Source of the DNA: Candidatus Woesearchaeota archaeon
GTDB lineage: Archaea; Nanobdellota; Nanobdellia; SCGC-AAA011-G17; UBA489
Reading direction: 5' to 3'
Assembly: GCA_964367375.1 (NCBI GenBank)
Contig: CAYIXG010000001.1
Location: 148,254 to 212,253, forward strand
DNA length: 64,000 nt
Numbering within the stretch: position 1 is the stretch's first letter; each line of letters opens with the position of its first letter. The position numbers were made by a program, and so were the translations under genes. Below are positions 10,320-19,918 of this stretch, in pieces. The notes under the pieces are model-generated. The model did no database searches, was not told the DNA's origin, and worked only from the letters and a program-made list of their open reading frames with translations.

Positions 10320-10415
10320 TTTCCATCCGAGGAGTATATCTTAGCAATAGTATATAATATTTCTGGTAAGAGAATTACTGACAAAATATTAAGCACTCTA
10401 TAAAACATAAAAGAG

Positions 10416-10544
10416 TGAGCCCGTGAGGATTTGAACCCCAATCAGCTGGTTGCTCCTTGTCACTCATCAAAGGAGTGGATGATCCGAAGCCAACCGCACT
10501 TACTGGTACTTATTGAAAGTAAATCCAGGTTATGCTACGGGCCC
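10416..10544 (-). tRNA. tRNA-Arg(UCG), apparently with two introns (D-loop and anticodon loop, 37/38 region)
   Basis: Acceptor stem GGGCCCG/CGGGCTC with discriminator A. U8, A14, G18G19 and A21 are present. T-arm is TGGGG-TTCAAAT-CCTCA. Anticodon stem GTTGG/CCAGC with loop CTTCGGA gives anticodon TCG at plus 10485-10487. About 22 nt and about 33 nt intervening sequences sit at roughly 10501-10523 and 10450-10482. Confidence 0.5.
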
Positions 10545-10587
10545 GCTAATAAAAAACTAATGCATTTCCTTATAAAAGGTTTCGGTT

Positions 10588-11352
10588 TTATCTCTTTTCA
10601 GAAAAGGTATGAAGTGCTTGTATTATAGTATAAAATTGGGTGTTTGAGAGTGTATCAACAGATTTCTCCAGGAGGGTAGGAGATAAGGTAAATGTGTCAA
10701 CAGCATTTTTTGCTTGATTCTGAGTGAGAGAATACATTTTATGAAGAGAAGAAACAAGAGCATTTTTCACTTTCTTGTCTGTTTGCAGGATGAACGTTTT
10801 GATGAGCTCCTCATCTTTTGAGAGGAAAATTGTCCTTTTTTCAAGAACAAAAAGCACTGAATCTGTTCGTGGTTTCGGTGTGAAAGCCTCTCGAGAGACA
10901 TCTGCTATTTTTTTCACAGTAAAGAAGAGTTTACCTATAGTGGACCATTTGCTTTTCGTATCAGAGAGGAGCTGGTAAAATTGTTTTCCTGTGAGCAGCA
11001 CTCCGCGTGCAAAGGAATGGTGTGTTATTTTTTTAAAGAGCGGTTCGGTGATGGAATAGGGAATGTTAGAAACGATTTTCGTGAAAGAGAAGGTGTCAAT
11101 TAAGGTGAGTGCATTCCCATAAATAACATGAACAGATGAGGGAAGTTTTTCTAAATAAGGGCGCATGTTCGTGTCTATTTCAATGGTAATCACTTTTTTC
11201 GCATGGTGCGCAAGTGCTTCAGTTAAGACTCCAGTGCCTGCTCCTATTTCAAGGATAACATCATCTGGAGTGATGTCAGCAGCAGCGATAATTTTCTGTA
11301 AAACAGTTTTATCAGTGAGAAAATGTTGGTCTAAGTGTTTAGTCATTTTCAT
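10588..11352 (-). CDS. ksgA: 16S rRNA (adenine1518/1519-N6)-dimethyltransferase KsgA/Dim1
   Basis: DQHFL motif, EIGAGTGVLT SAM-binding motif, and NIPYSIT catalytic motif. Confidence 0.85.
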   Translation of the reverse strand: MKMTKHLDQHFLTDKTVLQKIIAAADITPDDVILEIGAGTGVLTEALAHHAKKVITIEIDTNMRPYLEKLPSSVHVIYGNALTLIDTFSFTKIVSNIPYSITEPLFKKITHHSFARGVLLTGKQFYQLLSDTKSKWSTIGKLFFTVKKIADVSREAFTPKPRTDSVLFVLEKRTIFLSKDEELIKTFILQTDKKVKNALVSSLHKMYSLTQNQAKNAVDTFTLSPTLLEKSVDTLSNTQFYTIIQALHTFSEKR

Positions 11353-11356
11353 AAGT

Positions 11357-12403
11357 TTATTTCACAATGAGGAGAGATCGTGGAGTGTGTGAAAGAACCG
11401 TTACTTTTGTGTTTCCAACAACAACATCATCTTCGATGCGAATGCCATACTTTCCAGGAAAGTACAATCCAGGTTCAATAGTAATAACATTTCCAGTGTG
11501 AAGGATGGTATCTTTTTTTGGTCGAATGTATTCGTGCACGTCAATGCCTAATCCATGACCAATGCCATGAATGTAATATTTTCCAAGTTTTTCTCGCGCA
11601 TATTCTTGAATCTTTCCATAATTCACTCCATCTTTTACCATAGCAATGCATGCTTCTTGCACATCATGCACCTTTCCATAGGTGAGGAGTTCTTTCTGTG
11701 TAGGTGTACCAAAATAAAGAGTTCTAGTTAAATCAGAGCAATATCCTTTATACACAACACCCATATCAATGACAGTCATTCCTTTGAGCTTATTGTTTCC
11801 AGAGGTGTGGTGCGGTGTTGCCCCGTTCTTTCCTGATGCAACAATGGTTGGAAAGCTTTCTCTCACGCCATGGTCAAGCATGGTTTTTCTGATAAATGTT
11901 TGCAGCGCAAGTTCAGTGCGGAAGGTGTGTGCATGAGAAAATATTGCAGTAAATAGAGAATCAGTAATAGCGCACGCCTTTTTGATCGTGCTTATTTCTG
12001 TAGTGTCTTTCACAGTTCGAAGCTGTTCAATCAAAGGAGATGCATCACAAAACGATTTTTTCGTCTGTTTCTTGAATTGACTCACAAAAGTGTGAGGAAG
12101 AAAGTGTAAATGCAATCCTACTTTTTTTCCTAAATGTGGTTTAATGTCTTTGAAAAACGTTTTCTGCATTGCTTTTACAGGAGTGATAGTAGAGTGGTGT
12201 TGTGCGTATCCCAGTTCTAAAGGAGATACATAGACAACGTTCTTTTTTTTGGTTGCAATAAAGCATCCAGTCACGTCCTGTAATCCAGTAAAATAGAAGA
12301 ATGCAGGATCTTGTCGTTCAATCCAGGTGAAAACTGCAATACTGTCCAGAGAATGATGAAGAAGCTGCTGGTGCAGTTTTTTGAAGCGCATGACCGTAAA
12401 CAT
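11357..12403 (-). CDS. M24 family Xaa-Pro aminopeptidase/prolidase
   Basis: HGIGHGLGIDVHE metal-binding motif. The N-terminal extension of the ORF to 12502 overlaps the divergent gene, so the start is placed at MFTVMRFKK (12403, or 12391). Confidence 0.7.
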   Translation of the reverse strand: MFTVMRFKKLHQQLLHHSLDSIAVFTWIERQDPAFFYFTGLQDVTGCFIATKKKNVVYVSPLELGYAQHHSTITPVKAMQKTFFKDIKPHLGKKVGLHLHFLPHTFVSQFKKQTKKSFCDASPLIEQLRTVKDTTEISTIKKACAITDSLFTAIFSHAHTFRTELALQTFIRKTMLDHGVRESFPTIVASGKNGATPHHTSGNNKLKGMTVIDMGVVYKGYCSDLTRTLYFGTPTQKELLTYGKVHDVQEACIAMVKDGVNYGKIQEYAREKLGKYYIHGIGHGLGIDVHEYIRPKKDTILHTGNVITIEPGLYFPGKYGIRIEDDVVVGNTKVTVLSHTPRSLLIVK

Positions 12404-12431
12404 TATATAGATCTTTATATAGGTATCGTCA
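12404..12431. promoter_or_regulatory. divergent AT-rich promoter region (TATA-like tttatata) between the M24 and M16 peptidase genes
   Basis: 28-nt spacer tatatagatctttatataggtatcgtca sits between the two start codons. TATA-like boxes lie about -25 from each start. Confidence 0.3.
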
Positions 12432-13625
12432 ATGTTGCGGCGAAAACTCAAGAATGGGATGACACTTCTTGTGGATAGTCGAAAAACGGATTCTGTTGCC
12501 ATTGGTGTTCATGTGGGCGTCGGTTCAAATAATGAAAACAAGGAGCAGGCCGGTCTTTCACACATGCTTGAGCACATGCTCTTTGAAGGGACGAAAGAAA
12601 AGACTGCGCGGGAGTTATCCAATGCCATTGAATCTGTAGGTGGGGAATGTAATGCACATACCACACAGGAGCGCACGTATTATTATGTGGTGGTGCCGAA
12701 AAAGTATGTGGATCGTGCAATTGCAATGCTGTTTGATATTATGGTGAATGCAGCATTTGACAGCACATCTTTGAGGAAGGAGAAGAATGTGGTCATAAAT
12801 GAAATTCGAGTGGTTGATGATGATCCCAAATCATATCAGTGGATTGTTTTGTTTAAGAAGTTGTTTCAAAAGCATCCTGCAAAAAACCCGGTGTATGGGA
12901 ATGTGTCTGCAATTGTGAAGTCTTCAAGGAAGAACATGGTTTCCTATTTCAAAAAATATTATGTGCCGAATAATATAATTATATCGGTGAGTGGCGGTGC
13001 AGGAAACGCTGGACACATGATTGAAAAAGCATTTGCATCTCTCAAACAGAGAAAGATACAGCAGGTGAAAGAAGTGAAGGAAAAGCCGTTGCAAAAAGTG
13101 GTTGCTGTAAAGGTGAAGAGGAAAGTAGAGCATTCGTATTTGGTTATCGGCTTTCGTGCGCCGCCGCGCACGCATAAGGATTCCTATACATTTGATGTGA
13201 TTCGCGCCATATTAAGCAGGGGTCAAAGTTCTCGCTTGTTTGACGAAATTCGGAACAAGAGGGGCATTGCATATACTGTAGGTGCGGATTATGAGGGTGG
13301 CAAGACCTTTGGCATCTTTGTTGCGTTTGTCAGCACCAGAAAAAAGCATGTGGATGAGGCAAGAAAGATCTTGTTAACGCAAGTGCATCTGCCGAATCTT
13401 TCCGCTCAGGAAGTAGCGGATGCAAAGAGGTATCTTGAGGGTAATTTTATGTTGATTAATGAGGACAACAAAGAACGTGCAGAGCAAAACGCGTTATGGG
13501 AGTTTTTGGGAAAAAAGAGAGATGCGTATGTAAAAAATATTAGGAAAGTGACGCGTGCGGATGTGATGCGGGTTATTAAGAAATATGTGCGTCAAAAGTA
13601 TGTGGAAGTGTTAATTCAAAAGTAA
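12432..13625 (+). CDS. M16 family (pitrilysin/insulinase-like) zinc peptidase
   Basis: Inverted zinc motif HxxEH (HMLEHMLFEGT). 397 aa. Confidence 0.75.
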   Translation: MLRRKLKNGMTLLVDSRKTDSVAIGVHVGVGSNNENKEQAGLSHMLEHMLFEGTKEKTARELSNAIESVGGECNAHTTQERTYYYVVVPKKYVDRAIAMLFDIMVNAAFDSTSLRKEKNVVINEIRVVDDDPKSYQWIVLFKKLFQKHPAKNPVYGNVSAIVKSSRKNMVSYFKKYYVPNNIIISVSGGAGNAGHMIEKAFASLKQRKIQQVKEVKEKPLQKVVAVKVKRKVEHSYLVIGFRAPPRTHKDSYTFDVIRAILSRGQSSRLFDEIRNKRGIAYTVGADYEGGKTFGIFVAFVSTRKKHVDEARKILLTQVHLPNLSAQEVADAKRYLEGNFMLINEDNKERAEQNALWEFLGKKRDAYVKNIRKVTRADVMRVIKKYVRQKYVEVLIQK

Positions 13626-13627
13626 AT

Positions 13628-14362
13628 TCAAAAGGAACGGAGTGTTTTTTGCTGTTTTTTGTGTTTTTCGAAGTATTTGGGTGGCTCAATGCATTTATAT
13701 GCAAATCCTTGTGTTTCAAGGAAGTCTTTCACTCCAGGAGAAAGTTTTTGGCAAGCCAGAATGCCGCGCACAGTGGAAAGTCCTTTGCTTTGTTTGATGC
13801 GTTCGACATATCGTGCAAGCTGCGCAACAGCGTCAAAATCTCCCGCGTAGCGCTTGCATTCTACCACAACCAAAACATTGTTCTTGTCGTATCCAAACAC
13901 GTCGATGAATCCATATGTGGTGTGTTCTTCTCTGCTTAAGGGCGTGAATCCTTCTTCAATCAGCTGTGGATTGGTATAGATCATGTCTGACATGTCTTTT
14001 TCATTTCCCAGGAGAGTGATGGTTTCTGCATCAATAAGAGGCGCTGCATTGAAGAAATAAATGGTGTAAAGGGTGATGAAAAGGTCTTCTTTGTGCAAGG
14101 GATGGTGGATGTGTATGTGGGTAACGTCTCCAGAAGTAAGGGTGTGAATGGCTCCTTCTTTCATGTAGTTGACAGGTGCTGCTCCAGTGGGTTGGTGGAT
14201 GAGGATGGTTTTGTCTGGTTTGATGATAATGACGCGGTCACCTTTCTCAAGGTGGCTTTCTGCTCGCCCATGGTAGGTGACTGTACATTCCGCTGCAAAG
14301 ACGATGAAATGGTTTTTGGCAAGATGCTCGTGAAGCTGTTGAGAAAAGGGAGATAAATCCAT
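13628..14362 (-). CDS. nucS: endonuclease NucS/EndoMS (mismatch-specific RecB-like nuclease)
   Basis: 244 aa. C-terminal RecB-like nuclease motifs GFIDVFGYD…VVVECKRY (D…E.K). Confidence 0.7.
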   Translation of the reverse strand: MDLSPFSQQLHEHLAKNHFIVFAAECTVTYHGRAESHLEKGDRVIIIKPDKTILIHQPTGAAPVNYMKEGAIHTLTSGDVTHIHIHHPLHKEDLFITLYTIYFFNAAPLIDAETITLLGNEKDMSDMIYTNPQLIEEGFTPLSREEHTTYGFIDVFGYDKNNVLVVVECKRYAGDFDAVAQLARYVERIKQSKGLSTVRGILACQKLSPGVKDFLETQGFAYKCIEPPKYFEKHKKQQKTLRSF

Positions 14363-14426
14363 AAAGGGTATTTGATATGATGCTATAAAAGCATTCTGAT
14401 GCTAGAAATAGAATGTAGTAAAATTA

Positions 14427-15185
14427 TCATGTTCCAATAGGTTTTGTTTTTTTCCAGAGTGCTTGAAAATATGCTTTAAAGGAGTCTGCTACTTCTTGTC
14501 TCATAATTTCAATATTAATTGGTTTTTTTCCAGGTATACCAATAACTGCAATGTTTTTGTATCCACAAAACCATACAGGTGTGTCTATTTGAAGTGGCAT
14601 ATAACGAGCATCACAACCCTTGTATGAGTTTCTGTTTTGTAATACAGTTTTATCAGTGTTTGGATGAAAGAGGAGCTTGCATTTGATTCCTGCGTTGACT
14701 CTTCTGCGATGATCCTTTTTCCAGTAGGCATGAAAGTGTTTTGGTTGGTCTGGAATAATCCCTTGATAGAAATATTCTTCTCCAGGTTGTAATCTTTTGT
14801 AGGTGTGTTCATGAACCTCAATCATTCCTTTAAATCCTTCAAAGACCCTCACTTCGCTTTTTTCTTCGGGTTGTTTTTGGAGTAATTGAGGGAGGAAGTG
14901 TTCTACTTTTTCTTTGATAGCATGAAGTTTTTGCTCTCGTTCTTCGATATAATCAATAATGCGTTCTGGTTGTGCTGCTTGGAAGTATTTTGTTTGTTCT
15001 TTGATGATATAAGAAACAAGCCCTTTTTGGATGAGATTCTCGAGGATCTGGTAAATGATTGATCGAGAGATGGTTGATTTTTCAACAATTGGTCCTGTTG
15101 TTGAATCACCAAGTTCGAGGAGAGCTAAATACACTTTGATTTCTCCATCAGTAAGTCCTGCTTCACGAAGAAGTGCAAGTTCCAT
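14427..15185 (-). CDS. TrmB-family transcriptional regulator
   Basis: wHTH (LTDGEIKVYLALLELGDSTTGPIVEKSTISRSIIYQILENLIQKGLVS). Confidence 0.6.
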   Translation of the reverse strand: MELALLREAGLTDGEIKVYLALLELGDSTTGPIVEKSTISRSIIYQILENLIQKGLVSYIIKEQTKYFQAAQPERIIDYIEEREQKLHAIKEKVEHFLPQLLQKQPEEKSEVRVFEGFKGMIEVHEHTYKRLQPGEEYFYQGIIPDQPKHFHAYWKKDHRRRVNAGIKCKLLFHPNTDKTVLQNRNSYKGCDARYMPLQIDTPVWFCGYKNIAVIGIPGKKPINIEIMRQEVADSFKAYFQALWKKTKPIGT

Positions 15186-15302
15186 ATGATAGATACGTGA
15201 AGGACCTATTTAACTCTTTCTTTTAGCATACCAATACTGGTATGTTCAATTTAATAAATATTTTACTACTTAACAAAAGTTAAAATATGGAGAATAATAC
15301 TC

Positions 15303-16412
15303 ATGGTCAACAAAAAAACAACAATCATTCTAAGTGTATGCATGCTTATAGTGATAGGTGCAGTCATAGGATTTTCCCTAACTAGTCGTGCAATTACTGC
15401 AAATACAATTGATATAGGTGCCATTTTCATGTTGACAGGAACAGGAGCAACATGGGGGATCAATTCACAACGAGGTGTTGAACTTGCAGTTGAAGAAATA
15501 AATGATAATGGAGGAGTGAATGGGAGGCAGATACGTGTAGTATATGAAGATAATCAAGGAGACAATCCAAAGATAGCAGTGACAGCATTACATAAGCTCT
15601 CTAATCAAGGTATTAACATTATTCTCGGACCAAATTGGTCTCCCTCAGGAAATGCAGTTGCACCAATAGCATGTGAAAAAGGAATTGTAATGATATCTCC
15701 TTCATTGGGAGTTGCTGATTTTAATGAGGAATGTGATTTTTTGTTTAATTTATGGCCACATGATGATGTATCATCAGAAAAGCTTGGAGAGTATCTTTAT
15801 GAAAAAGGATATAAAAAAATCGCAGTACTTGGCTCTTTGCAGGTATGGGAGCAAACGCAAGCATATGCAGTAAAAAAAGGATTTGAAGGAAAAGGTGGAA
15901 AAGTAGTTTCATTCATTCTTACGCAACCAGAAGAAACAGATTTTGGTGGAGAAGTTGTTAAAATAAAAAATGTAGACCCAGACGCAATTGTATTTACAAA
16001 TTATGCAGGTGAACATATAAGTGCAAAGCGATTACGAGAAATAAATGTTCAAGTTCCATTCTTTTCGATATTAATTGATGATGAAAAGATAAAGAGTGCA
16101 CAAGGAGCACTTGAAGATGCAATTATTATTACTTCATTTACTCCATCAGAAAAATTCATGAACAAGTTTAAAGAAAAATATAAAGAGCAACCAGATATTG
16201 GTTCAGATACATCATATGATGCAGTGATGCTTCTTGCACAAGCGATGAGAGAAACACAGTCAACAAATCCAGAAATCCTCAAAAAGTATATGAATGGATT
16301 AAAAAAATATGAAGGAACTTCTGGGCGTTTGGTATTTGATAGGAAAGGAGGAGTAACAAAGGAGCCAGAGCTAATGATTGTGAAAGAAGGGAAACTCATA
16401 CCTTTTGAATAA
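15303..16412 (+). CDS. LivJ/LivK-like ligand-binding protein, membrane anchored (paralog of 8055..9182)
   Basis: IGAIFMLTGTGATWGINSQRGVELAVEEINDNGGVNGRQIRVVYEDNQGD. One N-terminal TM helix. Divergent from a TrmB gene. Confidence 0.7.
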   Translation: MVNKKTTIILSVCMLIVIGAVIGFSLTSRAITANTIDIGAIFMLTGTGATWGINSQRGVELAVEEINDNGGVNGRQIRVVYEDNQGDNPKIAVTALHKLSNQGINIILGPNWSPSGNAVAPIACEKGIVMISPSLGVADFNEECDFLFNLWPHDDVSSEKLGEYLYEKGYKKIAVLGSLQVWEQTQAYAVKKGFEGKGGKVVSFILTQPEETDFGGEVVKIKNVDPDAIVFTNYAGEHISAKRLREINVQVPFFSILIDDEKIKSAQGALEDAIIITSFTPSEKFMNKFKEKYKEQPDIGSDTSYDAVMLLAQAMRETQSTNPEILKKYMNGLKKYEGTSGRLVFDRKGGVTKEPELMIVKEGKLIPFE

Positions 16413-16456
16413 AGATTCCAGAAACCTTTAAATAACGCTTATGATCTCTTAGGTAC

Positions 16457-16660
16457 ATGAAGCTCGCAACAGCAATCATCATTCTCTTGTTAATCTTAGG
16501 GTTGTATTATTATACTGCAGAAACGTATGATATTGCGAAGGTTGTGGGAAAATATGCCTATGAGTTCATTTCAAATGTGTATCAGGAATTAAAGGAAAAA
16601 AGCGAAAAGGGTGACTTTGATAAGCCTGTTGAGGATATCAAAGAACGGTTTGAAGACTAA
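16457..16660 (+). CDS. small membrane protein (hypothetical)
   Basis: 67 aa with an N-terminal TM helix. Confidence 0.25.
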   Translation: MKLATAIIILLLILGLYYYTAETYDIAKVVGKYAYEFISNVYQELKEKSEKGDFDKPVEDIKERFED

Positions 16661-16664
16661 ACTT

Positions 16665-17594
16665 TTACGCGCTAGTATTGCTCTGGTTTTGAATGATGGG
16701 GGGGTTCACGCTAAACTTCAAGAGTCGTGATTTCTTGGTTTCTCCAAGGGGATCATGCTCGTCGCAGAGCAAGTCAAGGCAGTAGTAGCATCGTACTTCA
16801 TATTCTACAGTCACCTTTCCAATACCGTTGTATTCGCCTTGTTCAAAGGTTCCGGGTGCAGTGTCTTTGATGATTTCCTGGCTTTTCTTGTCAACTTCCT
16901 CAATGAACATGTCTAAGTTGTAGTCTTCAAGTTCAGGATTGTTGTCAAAGTTTTCATCCACAGTGACATGTCTGTCAATGAAGCAGACCATGGTTGAAGA
17001 GTCTTCATTGAAGATTTTGAGTATAATGTCCTGGTAATAAGGACTATTAAGGACAAGATGTTCGCCGCCAATGTTTCCAGTGGGCTGTTCAAAAGGGCCG
17101 AGCTCTTCATCTTCAAGGCTGATTTTGAAGTCTGGTCCGGGATAATTTTGTTTTTTTGTGGGTTGTGTTGTTTGGTTTGGTGATGGTGATTGGGATGGTG
17201 AAGGTGTAGTATTTTGTGCAGAGGCAATATTCGCGATTGCAGCGCCGGTAATAGGGTTATTTTTTGAATCACTAGGAGTGGCTCCTGAATCATCTTTAAG
17301 GAACAAGAAGGCTCCTGCAGCGCCAACAACGATGACAAGAATGATCATGTTCCACATGACAAGGCGTCGAAACAGGGTTTCTGTGGAAGCAGGAATTTCT
17401 CGTTTGAAGGAGTCATCCCGTTCTGGTCGTTGTGGTTTTTGGTCTTTAGGAGCGTCATCATCGCGGGAAATGGTTTCTTTGCTTGCAGGCGGCTCGCGTC
17501 GTCGTTCCTGCTTTTGCAATCTGTCTTTTGCTTCAAGAAGCTCTTTCTTGGCTTCAAGTGACCTTTTTTGGCGTAAATATTCTTCAATGTCCAT
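16665..17594 (-). CDS. hypothetical single-pass membrane protein with S/P/T-rich linker
   Basis: N-terminal charged coiled-coil region, then a TM helix, then a Ser/Pro/Thr/Gln-rich low-complexity segment, then a C-terminal globular domain. Confidence 0.4.
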   Translation of the reverse strand: MDIEEYLRQKRSLEAKKELLEAKDRLQKQERRREPPASKETISRDDDAPKDQKPQRPERDDSFKREIPASTETLFRRLVMWNMIILVIVVGAAGAFLFLKDDSGATPSDSKNNPITGAAIANIASAQNTTPSPSQSPSPNQTTQPTKKQNYPGPDFKISLEDEELGPFEQPTGNIGGEHLVLNSPYYQDIILKIFNEDSSTMVCFIDRHVTVDENFDNNPELEDYNLDMFIEEVDKKSQEIIKDTAPGTFEQGEYNGIGKVTVEYEVRCYYCLDLLCDEHDPLGETKKSRLLKFSVNPPIIQNQSNTSA

Positions 17595-17970
17595 AAGACG
17601 TTCCCTGCACGGCGTGCTTTATTAACTGAGATGTGGTGGCTCTTTTTAAATATTTCTGCAATTCAATCTATACTGGAGAAAACAGCGTCTCAAGACGTGG
17701 AAACTTAGTTTTGTGCAGCATAATCATCAAGAAGGTCAAAGATGCAGGTGGTGTGGAAGCCGTAACTTTCGTGTCCTTTTGGAGTGGGAAGAGTAATGAG
17801 TACTGCAGCTTCCTCTGGATCACGATGGCATGCGGTATAATAGCACTTATTGAGAAGTTTGTTTTCGCTAGTGGTAACTCTTCCTTCATGGAGAAGAGAT
17901 TCCCTTAAGATAAGAGCAGCAAGTCTATTGCTGTTTGCAGTGTACGTTTTGCCAATGAGAGAGTGAGAAG

Positions 17971-19263
17971 TCATGGAGTGTACCGTAACATGGTTCTTGG
18001 GAATGGAATGGCATCTTTGATGTTGTCCAAGCCGCAAATCCAGTTGACAACGCGTTCAACGCCCATGCCAAATCCCGCGTGAGGGACGCTGCCATATGTT
18101 CTTGTGTCAAGATACCATTTGTAGTTTTCTATTTTCTCTCCTTCTTTTTTGAGCGCTTTCTTCAGTTCCTCAATGTCTGTGTCTCGTTGTGATCCTCCGA
18201 TGATTTCTCCATATCCTTCTGGCGCGAGCATGTCAAAGCAGAGTGCTGTTTCTGGATGCTTCGGATCTTTGGGTTTGTAGAATGCCATGATTTCTTTTGG
18301 ATAGTGAGTAACAATGACTGGCTTGTCAAAGTGCTTCATGATCAAGTCTTCTTCAATGGTGCGCAGGTCTTTGCCGAAAGGAATATTTATCTTTTCTTTT
18401 TCTTTCAAGAGTTTCAGCGCATCAGCGTAGGTGATGCGGGTGAACGGTGCTGTCACTGTTCTCAGTTTTTCAACGTCTCGTTCAAGAATGACAAGCTCTT
18501 TTTCATTCTTCTTGATCACTTCCTGCACGATGAATGAAACGCACTCTTCCGCGATGGTTGCAAGCTGATCCAGTCCAATCCATGCTGCTTCCATTTCTGC
18601 CATCCAGAACTCGCTCAAGTGGCGGGAAGTCTTGCTTTTTTCTGCTCTGAAGCATGGACTAATACAAAAGATTTTTTCAAGTGCAAAGACAGCTGATTCT
18701 GCGTAGAGCTGCCAGGATTGGGTAAGATAGAGCTTGTGCTTGTAGTAATTAATGGAGAAAAGTGTGGAGCCTCCCTCGCACGCGTTGGGAGTGAGGATGG
18801 GAGGAGCCATTTCATAATATCCACTGGTTTTGAAGAAGGTCCTAAATGCATCCATCACTGTTGATCGTATTTTCATGACTGCTGTTAAGCGTCTGCTGCG
18901 AATTGCTAAGTGTCTCACATCAAGTAAAAATTCGGTGCTTTGGTCTTTGGTGATGGGAAAGGTGTCTGCGCGTTGGATGACCTGAAAAGTCTTCACGTGC
19001 AGTTCATAGCCGGTTGGCGCGCGCTTGTCGGGGTGCAATGTTCCTTCAAGCTCGATTGAGCTTTCAATGGTAAGCTTGTCAAGCTCATCCCATTCGTTGG
19101 CAGAAAAGTCTGTTTTTTTGCAGACGCATTGGATAATATTGCTACTATCACGGAGAACGATAAACTTGAGCTCGTTGCTGCCGCGCTCGCGGTACACCCA
19201 GCCATGAAGGTGCACATTTCCTTTGCCCTTGTCGAGTGCTTCTTGAATGGAAATGAATGCCAT
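17971..19263 (-). CDS. asnS: asparaginyl-tRNA synthetase (class IIb)
   Basis: LTQSWQLYAE…CFRAEKSKTSRHLSEFWMAEMEAAW closely matches AsnRS motif 2. C-terminal GMGVERVV…PFPR. Confidence 0.65.
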   Translation of the reverse strand: MAFISIQEALDKGKGNVHLHGWVYRERGSNELKFIVLRDSSNIIQCVCKKTDFSANEWDELDKLTIESSIELEGTLHPDKRAPTGYELHVKTFQVIQRADTFPITKDQSTEFLLDVRHLAIRSRRLTAVMKIRSTVMDAFRTFFKTSGYYEMAPPILTPNACEGGSTLFSINYYKHKLYLTQSWQLYAESAVFALEKIFCISPCFRAEKSKTSRHLSEFWMAEMEAAWIGLDQLATIAEECVSFIVQEVIKKNEKELVILERDVEKLRTVTAPFTRITYADALKLLKEKEKINIPFGKDLRTIEEDLIMKHFDKPVIVTHYPKEIMAFYKPKDPKHPETALCFDMLAPEGYGEIIGGSQRDTDIEELKKALKKEGEKIENYKWYLDTRTYGSVPHAGFGMGVERVVNWICGLDNIKDAIPFPRTMLRYTP

Positions 19264-19301
19264 CCAGTAAGGGCAGGAATCCTGTTTTATATAGGTTATG
19301 G

Positions 19302-19778
19302 TTAAAGAGAGAAGTCGTCGAGTTGCCCGTCAACAACGTTTAAGTAATCTGTTGTCTGCATCAAGATGCTTTTGGTTTGGAGTCCTGCGTTGAAGTTAAT
19401 CTTTGCGCTTCGGAGTACGCTTCTGTCAATATACAAGGGAATATGAAAGAGGTTGCCAAAGGGTGGCACGCCCCCGATAACGCATCCTGTTATGTCTTTG
19501 ACTTCTTCCGGTGTTGCAAGGCTCACGCTTTTTGTTTGCAAAATCTTTTTGACTTTGGAAAAATCTATCTTCTTGTCCGCGCTTAACACGCACATGAAAA
19601 AGCGTCCCGAGCTCCGCAGCACCATGGCTTTTGCTCCTTCGGATAAGGGTGTTTTCCTTATACGTGCAGAGTCTGCAGAGGTGGGTGTTGGCTCATGCTC
19701 AAGTGCAGTGTATTGCATATGATGTGTGTCAAGGAGTGCAATGATTTTTTCAAAGGTATGCATATAAGGAGTTCTCAA
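19302..19778 (-). CDS. YbaK/ProX-family aminoacyl-tRNA deacylase (trans-editing domain)
   Basis: 158 aa with the GGVPPFG motif of the YbaK/ProX deacylase fold. Confidence 0.55.
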   Translation of the reverse strand: MRTPYMHTFEKIIALLDTHHMQYTALEHEPTPTSADSARIRKTPLSEGAKAMVLRSSGRFFMCVLSADKKIDFSKVKKILQTKSVSLATPEEVKDITGCVIGGVPPFGNLFHIPLYIDRSVLRSAKINFNAGLQTKSILMQTTDYLNVVDGQLDDFSL

Positions 19779-19918
19779 TAAATGTCTGCTATTTAAACCA
19801 ATCTTTTTGGGTGCATCGGATCGTTTTCGTAAAAGAAGGGAAATCCTTTTTTAAGGATAATATGCTTCAAAAAAAAGACCATCAGTCTTATATATAAGTA
19901 ATATATAACTAATTATAT

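Noticed and set aside
9180-10415. Integrated mobile element with att repeats
   Set aside because: No integrase or transposase and no direct repeat of the tRNA 3' end were found at the distal boundary. Kept only as a compositional island.
10450-10482. Alternative anticodon hairpin CACTC-CTTTGAT-GAGTG (anticodon TTG) within the tRNA locus
   Set aside because: Using it as the anticodon arm leaves no valid D-arm or variable region. It is better explained as the helix of the second intron.
10431-10628. 65-aa plus-strand ORF
   Set aside because: Lies entirely antisense to and overlapping the tRNA gene. Spurious.
12404-12502. N-terminal extension of the M24 peptidase ORF
   Set aside because: It overlaps the divergent M16 peptidase start by 70 nt. 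The internal Met at 12403 or 12391 yields a canonical MRFKK N-terminus and leaves an AT-rich promoter spacer.
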